DNA of 64,000 bases from Octopus sinensis. Its lineage: Eukaryota. The stretch spans positions 7,371-71,370 of the forward strand of contig NW_021834226.1 of the NCBI RefSeq assembly GCF_006345805.1, in the 5' to 3' direction. Below are positions 53,474-64,000 of the stretch, one piece after another. Position 1 is the stretch's first letter. Each line of letters opens with the position of its first letter. The notes under the pieces are model-generated. The model searched no databases. It was not told the origin of the DNA and saw nothing but the letters and a program-made list of their open reading frames with translations. The position numbers were made by a program, and so were the translations under genes.

Positions 53474-53775
53474 ATATAATATATAAAATAATAAATATTA
53501 GGGAATAAATCCAAATTTACAGGGAAAAATCAGATTTAGGATTGAATCCAATTTTATAGTAAAATATTATTATTTATTAAATAGAGACAAAACCACTATT
53601 ATGCAAATCAAACAAAGAAAGACTTAAGCCAATACATAAAATAATTTATATAATTAAATTTAATTAATTTAATTATATAAATTATTTTATGTATTGGCTT
53701 AAGTCTGTCTTTGTTTGATTTGCATATAGTGGTTTTGTCTCTAATTTAATATAATATATATATATATATATATAT

Positions 53776-53819
<44 letters not shown>

Positions 53820-53830
53820 CATACACACAT

Positions 53831-55073
53831 ACATGATGTTCATTTAAAAGTAGACTCAATTGTATTTATCAATAGTTATAAAGAATGTGCAATATTATGG
53901 ACAAACCTACTTTTATTAAAATTCTCATTTAAAAGTTACGTCAAACTGGTTACAAAATTGTTGAAATTGTTGGCCGCCACGTTGTAGAATAAGTCAACAC
54001 GACGACGTTTGTTCTGGAACACATTAATCAATACTTCATGTGGTATATTTTGGACAATACCAGTAATATCCATACACAGATCATCAAGTGTATGCGGATT
54101 CTTTGCCAACACAACGTCCTTGATATAGCCGAATAAAAGGAAATCGAGAGGCGTTAAGTCTGGCGATTTGGGTGGCCAGAGGCCTTTCGTGATCATCCTG
54201 TGTACAAAAGTTTGTCGTAAGTGAAACAAAGCGTGGTTGCTAACATGACATGTTGCTGAGTCCTATTGAAGCCATGCGTCACTTTTTTCATACTCAGTTA
54301 GCTGCTGAACAAACTGATCAATTATCTCACAATGACGTTCCGAATTCAAGGTTTTTTGGAAAAAAATATCGGTCCTACTATTCTTCGCCTGCTGATAGTC
54401 ATCCATACACCAATCTTCACTGCGTGTGAGGGTGATACGACAAACTTGCGAGGATTGAGAGCACTCCAGATGCGAGTGCTTTGCGAATTTAGGCATCCCG
54501 GTAGGTGAATCCAAGCCTCGTCACTGAAGAAAATCATGTCAAGTTGGTTGTCATCCATGTTTTCTTGAAACCATCTGCAGTAATCCAATCTTTTGGTAAG
54601 ATCAGCAGGAATAAGTTCATGTAAAGCAGACACGCAATATGGGTACAATTTCAGTGATTTGCAAAGAGCAGTATGACAGCTGCTAACAGATAATCCAGTT
54701 TCATGAGACAAACATCTCACAGATTTCCTTGGACTGCGAAGAATTCGTTGACAGATATCTTCCATAGCATCATTAGAAAGGCGGGTACGTCGGCGAACTT
54801 TTTAATCAGACCATTAATCGCCTGCTTGGCGGAGTTACATTTGGATATTCGCTCTTAAAATCGGTAACGCAATTGTCAAAGGAGTAAATCCATCGCCCAT
54901 TGATAAAACATTCTGATCTAAAATAAAATTCCACAATAAATGAACGTTACTGCACTGATAACACCATTACGACTCCAGAAGAAATCTCGAACGAATGCGT
55001 TACACTTTGGCATAGCGAGTCACTCAGAGAGAGCTATCATTTTGACAGTTAACTTTTAAATTGAACACCCTGA
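53831..55073 (-). mobile_element. Decayed Tc1/mariner (IS630-Tc1-mariner) transposon with both TIRs
   Basis: Three frames give SPRKSVR (HTH), FFSDEA, and WPPKSPDLTPLDFLLFGYIK. Imperfect TIRs ACATGATGTTCATTTAAAAGT (left) and reverse complement CAGGGTGTTCAATTTAAAAGT (right), in TA-rich flanks. Frameshifts and stops present. Confidence 0.92.
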
Positions 55074-55119
55074 TATACATACATACAGGCATAAATAAAT
55101 ACATACATACATACATACA

Positions 55120-55165
<46 letters not shown>

Positions 55166-55289
55166 CACACATATATATATATACATATATATATATATAC
55201 ATATATATATACATATATATATATATATACATATATATATACATTATATATTATATATATATATATATCTATACATATATATATACATA

Positions 55290-55640
55290 TATGCCACTGC
55301 ATGGTATCTTGGGCAAGTGTCTTCTACTAAAGCCTCGGATCGGCCAAAGCCTTGTGGGTGGATTTGTTTGACGGAAACTGAAAGAAGCCCGTCGTATATA
55401 TGTATATATATATGTATGTCTGTGTGTATTTGTGTGTCTGTGATTGCCTCCCAGTATCGCTTGACACCGATGCTGGTGTGTTTACGTCCTCGTCACATAG
55501 CGGTTCGGCAAAAGAGACCGATAGAATAAGTACTAAGCTTAGAAAAAATAAGTCCTGGGATCGAGTTGCCCGACTAAAGGCGGTACTCCAGCATGGCCGC
55601 AGTCAAATGATTGAAACAAGTACAAGAGTAAAAGAGAGTA
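55290..55640 (+). mobile_element. SINE-A lacking its head
   Basis: Starts at CCACTGCATGGTATCTTGGGCAAG and runs to AAAGAGAG. Confidence 0.88.
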
Positions 55641-55894
55641 TGGATAAATCACATTTATTTTTTTAACAAGTGATGCAAATACTTTTTCCATATATTTAAG
55701 AATACGAAATAAATACAAAATTATGTCACACATTACAAATATTTTCGCATAATTTTTTTTCTGAAAGTGTAGTGGGTGTTCTATTCAAAAAATATTTTGT
55801 AGCTGCAGAAAAATCATATTAAACTGACCAGGGTTTTGTTTCGCTGTCATTCAGTTTAAGAAACTTCTCGGTATGCTATTTTATCTAAAGACCA

Positions 55895-56311
55895 TGGCAG
55901 TGGTCTTTCAGTGCCAATGCGTGGCACGTTGGGCAAATGAAGCGTCGGTGCGTCGCTTAGATTTGGTAGACGGGAACTGAAAGAAGCCTATCGTCACCTT
56001 CGAAACGCAGAGTAGATGAAACTACGGCGACTGAAGAAGGGGAATTTCCCTTGTGTTATTTGTCCTGCTGTACTCTATTTTTTTGTTGTTTAAGAAAAAT
56101 GTCCAGTTCCTTGGTTTTGTGTTTATGTTTTCGTTTCACATTGTGTTCGACGTTTTTTCGGTGCCCTGTACCCATATATGCGTGTATATATACATGTAGA
56201 GGTAGGTACATACATATATGTATGTATATATGCATATGTTTTATTTATTAATTTATTATATATGTATATATATATGTGTATATATATATGTATATATATA
56301 CATACACATAT

Positions 56312-56355
<44 letters not shown>

Positions 56356-56820
56356 GTATTCTTTATTCTTTTATTCTTTTATTTGTTTCAGTCATTTGAC
56401 TGCAGCCATGCTGGAGCACCGCCTTTAATCGAGCAAATCGACCCCAAGATTTATTCTTTGTAAGCCCAATACTTATTCTATCGGTCTATCTTGCCGAACC
56501 GCTAAGTGATAGGGACGTAAACACACCAGCATCGGTTGTCAAGCGATGTTGGGGGGACAAACACAGACACACAAACATATGCATATACATATACGCGTGT
56601 GTGCCTTTGTGTCTGTGTTTGTCTCCCACCATCGCTTGACAACCAGTGTTGGTGTTTACGTCCCCGTAACCTAGCTGTTCGGCGAAAAAGATCGATAGAA
56701 TAAGTGCTAGGCCTAAAAGGAAATGACTGCTGTAGTAGATTCGTTCGACTAGTAGTCTTCAAGCCGGTGCTCCATCTTGGTCGCTGTCTAATGTTTGGAA
56801 GAAGTAAAAGATAAAAGATG
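55895..56820. mobile_element. Nested cluster: plus SINE-A (55895-55990 and 56600-56820) containing a Penelope-like repeat and a minus SINE-A 3' half (56365-56585)
   Basis: The order and orientation of the consensus pieces fit nesting within the central microsatellite. Confidence 0.7.
55990..56260 (+). mobile_element. Interspersed repeat, probable Penelope pLTR (same family as 37620)
   Basis: Matches the reverse complement of 37620-37915; lies inside a split SINE-A. Confidence 0.6.
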
Positions 56821-59649
56821 GCCTTACAAATACAAATACCCTGTTCGGCTAACGTAGGAACAATGTTGATCGTGTATCACTGCTTATATACTTTTTCTTT
56901 TACCGGTCTCAGCAGCAGGTCGGGGGCCATGCTAGTGCACAGCCTGTGCAGACCTAGAGAAGATTTTGTAAAGGAGACTGACATTACCCATTCATACAGA
57001 TCATCCTACCTATCCACGCTACTTGATGTTTATTTATCCAAGAAGGCTGCCGGTTTAGACCGATGCAAGTTGATACCAGCGCTATGACAGTCATAGGAAT
57101 CAAAGTGCAAAGGACCAGAACATAGTCTGTAAGACATAACGCCTGACCCTCTAAACCCCATGACTAAACCACCCGCTTTCAGCTTTCAGACCTTGTACTA
57201 GGTCTGTGTTATTCAATGTGTCGATATTCCCCTTGATAATTTTATGTACTTATGAATATCAGAGAAAAAAAGTCTTGGGTGCTATTTCTGGCATATTGTA
57301 TGACCACATGGAGTCGCTCTCGTTTACTCATATATATTAGATTTGAATTAATTGGTTGTAAATCTACAAGCCTTCGTTCTGTTTCTCATCAATAGTAACC
57401 GATAGTTCTCGAAGCAGCAAAGCGTTAGAAATTAACGAAAAAATTGACCATACGTAAAACTTGTTAAAATTTCTACCTCGTCATTGCTCCAAAGAATTTA
57501 ATACGTTTATGGGAGATGTTTAAGCATTCCAATTAAGACGGTATAAAACATTCTAAGCTGCGAATATTCAACATTACCATGATGGGGTCTAGACGTGATT
57601 TAAACACTACTCGATAATTGTTCTTGATCAAATAAGATACAGACTGAAGAGAAGTTTTGAAAAGTAGCCTCAATACTGGAAAATTAGTGTGCGGAGTGCC
57701 ATTAATATAGATTCATTGTCCATAGAAATCGATATTATATAATAAATCAAAAGGCATTTATATATATGTCACAGCGAAAGTCTTAATAATTGGTCTTATT
57801 AACACTGGAGAGTTGAATAGACAAAATGTGCTAGGACACACACATACACACACACATACACACACATACATACACACATACACACATACGGACACACACA
57901 CAAATATAATACACACGTTCATATTATAAAACTTCTGTCGACGTCTGTCAACATTTTTCAGAATTATGCACATATACACATGTATACATAACTACAAGCA
58001 CGCGCTCACGTACACACAAACACACACACACATATGCACATATATTCATATATATATATTTGTGTGTGTATGTGTGTGTGTGTGTGTGTTGGTATGCATG
58101 CGTCTGTATATATAATAAAATAATAATGATAATAATAATAATAATAGGGAATATAATTCCAAATTTACAGGGAAAAATTCAATTTAGCAATTCTAACTCA
58201 AATTTCACAATATATAATATATGTATATAATTAAGAGAAATAACCTCTATTGAGCAATTCAATAGTGAAAGACATTATCTATATTATATAGGAAAAATTT
58301 AAATATACTATAATATATACTATGCAAAAAATCCGTAAATTAAGTTAACATTAAATTGACTACGCGCATTTCGTGACTATATCTTTAAATCGATAATAAT
58401 AAAATCGATACTATTAAAATTAATTCGATTTAAAAATATAGCCACTTTTCAGGTCTGAAATAATAAAATCAATGTATGTATCTTAACATATAATGATTAA
58501 CGAATAAATATAGAAATATACGTATCGTAACAATAAATAATCGAATAAAATTTAAGAATATTAATGAAAAATAAAATCATAATTTATCTTAGAATTAAGG
58601 AGCGAAGGGTGGCTGTGCGCAGGATGGGAGAGGCAGCTGTAAGATCGTCTTGTTGGTTTTGGAGTAAGAGAGAGGTGTTAAGTTGGAAGCCAGGAGGAGA
58701 TGCGGAGCAGTGACTTGAGCACCTCTGCTGACCCACCAACGGGAGAGTGTTATGGTTCAAGGTCAAAACACCCGATAAACTTTGGATACCGTTTGACGAC
58801 ATCAGTTCCTCTTGGCCAAGGCTGCATTCACTTTGGTGAATGGATGAAGCAGCACCTTATAGGAGCTATTAACACACACCCACTCACACACACATGCATA
58901 TATATATATATATATATATATTTATTAAATGGCAGATGTCTTCTAGGGCACTCATAAAAGCTCCTACGCTACTTCTTGTTGGCTACCGTATGTTAATTCC
59001 AAACTGGCGAGTTAACTGTATGGCATTGTTATGTGTGCGGTTCTCCCTGTAGCGTAAGATAAATATATTAATAACATATAATACTTCAAAGATGGAGATT
59101 TTTTAATTTATATTTTTATTAGCTTTTATTAATACGCACATGTGGTCCCAAAAATACATGTAGTGCCGAAACAAATGTAGCAATGCGTTAGGAGAAATAT
59201 AAAATCTCCATCTATGAAGTATTCCTCGTAATTAATATATATAAACAAGGAGTTAAAACCCCTTTACTTGTGAGATTTTTGCTACCCTAGTAACTTTATT
59301 TATTTTTCCGTGTGAATTGTTAACAAGGTAAAAATACACTCATCAATTTATATATATATATATTATATATATATATATATATATAATATATAATATATAT
59401 ATATATATACACGTCTCTAAAGTGAACAAGGGCACTAATCCGCATCAGTATTGCTAGAAATAAGAGTCAAAACAACTCAAGAGCCAACAAAAGTACTTAA
59501 TGAGCTGGTCAAGGGACAGCTCATTAAGATAGCTATTGAGTTGTTTTGACTCTTATTTCTAAACAAGCTTTTGATGGTTTTATAGATGTTTTCAAAATTG
59601 TAATGTTGCGATGCTAGGTGTTTGCATTATTTTGTCCAACCCCTGTATA

Positions 59650-59738
<89 letters not shown>

Positions 59739-60022
59739 CATATACATATATGCCTGTTCTTCTATTTATCTAGTTATCTATCTATCTGTTATCTATCTGT
59801 CACATTGCTACACTCCATGGCTGAGTTTCATGATAAATGGAACATACTGCACAAATACAAGTGTGTGAATGTGTGTACACACACGTACATTCAAGCACGG
59901 AAACACATAACTACATAGACATATCACACACACACACACACACACACACACAAATATATATTTATTTCCGCATATACAAATACGTACAAACCTCTTCGCC
60001 CTCTTTCTTTCTTCATCTCTCT

Positions 60023-60061
<39 letters not shown>

Positions 60062-60143
60062 TTCATACATAACATACCTCATACAAGCACACACACATGC
60101 AGGCACACACGCACACACACACAACACACACACACACACACAC

Positions 60144-60177
<34 letters not shown>

Positions 60178-60448
60178 CACTTATTTACCGAGTCACGACA
60201 AAAGTTCATCTAGTACATAAAAGTAATAACAGTATACGTTTGGGTTATTTGTATGGCTTCAAGGTAATTATTCCGTATTAGGCTATGAGAAGGAATCATA
60301 GCTTGAAGCTATAAAAATGGCGACTAAGACGAAATATCTTCGAGTGACACGGCACTGCTCTTTGTTCTGTTGCTCGAAATATTTCCACGATACTTCCTAC
60401 CTGATGAATACATCTCCATGAAATTATACAGCCTCTCCCTCCTCCGCC

Positions 60449-60482
<34 letters not shown>

Positions 60483-60569
60483 TGTTATTATTATTATGAT
60501 TGTTGTTGTTATTGTCGTTGTTATTGTCGTTGTTATTATTATTATTATTATATTATATTATTATTATTA

Positions 60570-60608
<39 letters not shown>

Positions 60609-60835
60609 CATTATTATTATTATTAAGGCGGCGAGGTGGCAGAATCCTTAGGATGCTGGACGAAACGTTTAGCGGTATTTCAACCGTCACTACGTTCTGA
60701 GTTCGAATTCCGCCGGCGTCGACTTTGTCTTTCATCCTTTCGGGGTCGATAAAATAAATACCAGTGAAACACGGCTCGATAAAATCGACTAGCCCCCACC
60801 CCACAAATTTGAGGCATTGTGCCTCCAGTAGAAAA

Positions 60836-60870
<35 letters not shown>

Positions 60871-61004
60871 TATTATTATCATGTTTTTTCCTTCTTTCTT
60901 CAAATTTTCTTCCGTTTCTCGCCGAGTGTTTTCCATACACGTAGGGCAGAGAAGGACATTGTATGCATTCCCAGATTACACGCGCAAATTCACAGATAAA
61001 ATAT

Positions 61005-61098
61005 GTATTTAAAAATTGGTCGACATCAGCTTGTTTGCTACGGGCCACATACTTGCCATGGAGAGGTTTCTGTTCCCATCTGCTAGCTAAATTTTCAT
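61005..61098 (-). mobile_element. RLE-type LINE internal fragment
   Basis: Minus translation RWEQKPLHGKYVARSKQADVDQ resembles the WxxKPLHGxY motif of R4/Dong-like ORFs. Confidence 0.55.
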
Positions 61099-61102
61099 GT
61101 GC

Positions 61103-61163
<61 letters not shown>

Positions 61164-61191
61164 GTATCATTATTATTATAAAAAAAAAATT

Positions 61192-62995
61192 TCAGAGTCT
61201 AGATCGCTGCAATGCACAGCGGTACCTGTTCAGTGGTCAAAGTAAACAGCCACGTTCGGTCCGTCAGGGCTGCATGCTGTCACCTCTTCTATAAGTATTG
61301 GCACTCGAGCCACTGTCGTGGAAGCTGGAGCAGCTAAGGGGCATCCGTTCGAACTGGGACAAGGAAGGGCAGTGTCAGCTTACGCGGACGGTGTCATCGT
61401 CATGGTGTCAGAGGCCTTCGAAGTGGAGACGGTCGGCACCATTCTAAAGGGATATGAGTCGTTTGTAGGGGCTAAAACCAACGCCAACAAATCGGCTGGT
61501 TTGCGGTTGCGCTCCTTGAGAGCTCCTGCAACTGGATGATGTCATCGAAGGCTGGACCGACGGAACAGTTAAAGTGCTCGGGGTCTGGTTTGGTCCCGAC
61601 CTCCAGGTTGATAAGAACTGGGACGAGGTGGTGAACAGGGTGGCCAGTCTTACCCAGAAATGGGCTGAAAGAAAGCTGCTCCTGGAAGGTCGGGCAGAGG
61701 TGGCGAATGCTTACATCGTCTTCGTTATCATTTATCGCCTGACCGTCGTACCTTGTCTTGGTTGCTGCTTGACCAGGCTGGAGCGTCTCTTGTGAAAGGG
61801 ACGCATTCCGATGGTCAGACAGTCAGTCTGTTGCTATCATCCTCTGAGTAGTGGATTAGGTATGCTGTGGCTCTTAATGCGCAAACACGCACTTAGATTA
61901 TGCTACCTGCAACGATTTCTCGACGGTGAGCGTGTGTGGGCTCCGTTTGTGAGACTCGTTTTTTCGCAGCTCGTCTCCTTGACGGAGCTACAGTCCTGGG
62001 TGAAGAAAAGACAAAGACTAGGCACCTGGCACTTAGAATGTTGTCAGGTGCTCACAACCCTCTACCAGTCGGGAAATGGTATCGGTGGATGTTCCGCTTT
62101 AGAAATTTATAGAGGTTTAGTGGCAGGAAAGTGCGACGACGTTCTCGGGGAGACTCTGGGCAACGACGAGAACGAACTGGCTAATCAGTTCCGGAGGACT
62201 TTCCAGTCGGCAACTATCATGGATAATTTCCAGATGTCCTTGGCCTGGCAGTGTTACCAGAGGGTGCTGTCGGTTCGAAACAAGCTCTACAGGCACGTAT
62301 GTGCTGTCAGACAGACTGGTCCGAGGTGCGCGCAGAGTGACGAAACCGTTCTGCACGCCCTCGTTCAGTGTCCGGGTATCACTGATTTGTGGGGTTATAC
62401 CGATCAGCTGCTATCACGTGTGTGACTGATCCGTTTGTCGGTGGAGTCTGTAATGATGATTGCACCACCACCCTCCTTCAATCAAGCAGGCGAGGCAGTT
62501 TTTCTTTGCCTGGTTGCTGTGGTGAAAGAAGTTATTTGGTGGACAAGGCTGAAAAGCATGATGACAGATACACTCCTCTTTGGTAGAGCTCTTATTGACA
62601 TTTTCAAGTTTCACTTGAAAAGGAAATTGAGAGTGGAGAGGGAAGTCCTCGGCGGAGTTTACTGAAAGGTGGGTGAAAGTTGGGAAAATGGCAAGAGTGG
62701 ATGGTACCTCTCTAAGTGTAGACCTGTGAGTCGGAAAGAAGGAACTGGAAAGGACACTTGCTCATAATGTTTCAGGGAAATCTCAGACAGTGGGGTTCCT
62801 CGATTATCCCAAGATGCGTTCCTGTATCAGGAGGTGCACATCTTTATAATCCTTCTCAACCTTTTTATTAACCTTTGTATGCTATGCATTTGTCTCTTCT
62901 TTTTTTATTATCATCTCATTATTATGTGTAAACCCCCACACTTTATGTGTCTCTGTATTGCTCCCCCCGTCCTTCGCCCTGGTGGCAAATTAAAT
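61192..62995 (+). mobile_element. 5'-truncated L1/Tx1-clade LINE (RT C-terminus, zinc finger, 3' UTR), pseudogenised
   Basis: SVRQGCMLSPLL, AYADGV (YADD box), VKVLGVWFGPDLQVDKNW, ETVLHALVQC, and terminal ERWVKVGKMARVDG. Several stops and frameshifts; ends in (TCA)n/(TTA)n. Confidence 0.9.
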
Positions 62996-63029
62996 CATCA
63001 TCATCATCATCGTCATTATCATCGTCATA

Positions 63030-63068
<39 letters not shown>

Positions 63069-63070
<2 letters not shown>

Positions 63071-63325
63071 GCAAATATATGGGAAACTACCACCTGTGTC
63101 ATCCCTTGTGAAAGGTAGGAGAGTCCAGTTTGCAGGACATTGTTGTAGAGCTGAAAAAGAAGTAATTTCTACTCTTCTCCTCTGGAAGCCATCTACTCGC
63201 AATACCAGAGGGCGCACACTCTCCTACCCTGATGTAATCTCCAGGGATACAGGCATCCAGCAACAGGACCTCCGTAATGTCTGGCGTAGCATGGTAAATT
63301 CCATTGTCTCGACCACGGTCGAACA

Positions 63326-63328
<3 letters not shown>
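63069..63328 (+). mobile_element. RTE-clade LINE 3' end
   Basis: IYGKLPPVSSLVKGRRVQFAGHCCRAEKEVISTLLLWKPSTRNTRGRTLSYPDVISRDTG followed by a (TTA)n tail. Confidence 0.85.
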
Positions 63329-63387
<59 letters not shown>

Positions 63388-63399
63388 GTCATCATCATT

Positions 63400-63872
63400 A
63401 TTATTCAGTAGTCTTATTTTTATCACGTGCTTTCACTGCACGACCGAGCTCAGCTCTGTGCGCCTTGCGTATGTGCTGTGGTTTGTTGTCATATTAACTG
63501 CATTGAAAGTGTTTTACGTAGGATGTGTGCGGTGTCTTATGCTATCTTCTGTATATTATATATACTTGTAAGTCCTGGTGTTTTTGCTACGAAATTCGTC
63601 TGAATGTGATTTTTTTTTCATATCCAATACGCCTACTATTATAAGAATTACTTCTGTTTTTATGATCCACATTCGAGCTGCCTCTGTTTCCAGATCTTTG
63701 TGTTTTGAACGTTTCTCCGTTTCTTTTAGAGAAATGTTGGTATAGATACGTCGATTAGAAAGCATGTTTTCTTCGTAATCTCTAATAACTATATCTAGCA
63801 TTTTAGCCTTGGTTTCTCTATCTGTGTATATTGGTATATCCCAGAGTATGGTTGCTTTCTCATTTTTTGTGA
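63400..63872 (-). mobile_element. RLE-type (R4/Dong-like) LINE 3' end
   Basis: ILWDIPIYTDRETKAKMLDIVIRD (decayed RPD motif), ETEKRSKHKDL, and frameshifted IQKIA*DTAHILRKTLS; 3' UTR ends in (TAA)n. Confidence 0.8.
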
Positions 63873-63873
63873 C

Positions 63874-64000
63874 TCTTCTTCTTCTTCTTCTTCTTCTTCT
63901 TCTTCTTCTTCTTCTTCTTCTTCTTCTTCTTCTTCTTCTTCTTCTCCGTCTCTTCACCTTCTTCTTCTTCTTCTTCTTCTTCTTCTTCTTCTTCTTCTTC
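63874..64000. repeat. (CTT)n microsatellite
   Basis: Direct reading. Confidence 0.97.

Noticed and set aside
56025-56052. CUGAAGA plus stem as a hammerhead (also near 37870)
   Set aside because: No GAAAC follows the stem, so the core is incomplete.
56365-56820. Apparent 450-bp SINE-A palindrome
   Set aside because: The arms are clearly diverged; it is better explained as a minus copy nested in a plus copy whose head is at 55895.
58600-58870. GC-richer block, possible LINE remnant
   Set aside because: No motif could be recognised in any frame.

Overview
Eukaryotic, very AT-rich, microsatellite-saturated intronic/intergenic DNA. The SINE families and simple-repeat load look like an octopod cephalopod (Octopus sp.); that assignment is inference from recognition, not a search. 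Almost all ORFs in the supplied track are translated (TA)n/(CA)n/(TACA)n/(AAT)n microsatellites or SINEs. I found no intact, identifiable protein-coding gene, only a few low-confidence candidate exons. Well-supported features: one intact initiator tRNA-Met gene (20198-20269, minus); decayed DNA transposons (hAT, Tc1/mariner, mariner MITEs, Helitron helicase remnant, Helentron/DINE-like element); 5'-truncated LINEs of several clades (L1/Tx1, RTE, RLE/R4-Dong-like, CR1/Jockey-like); Penelope-type repeats; and dozens of copies of at least four tRNA-derived SINE families (my labels A-D). Most interesting: (1) a SINE that appears to insert site-specifically into its own copies, building head-less tandem arrays with a fixed junction; (2) tandem minimal hammerhead ribozymes in Penelope-type repeats, plus core-variant copies; (3) many long fold-back palindromes; (4) two old ~45-bp degenerate tandem arrays; (5) a let-7/miR-98-like hairpin. 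Coordinates were counted by hand; repeat boundaries are approximate to about 10-20 bp.
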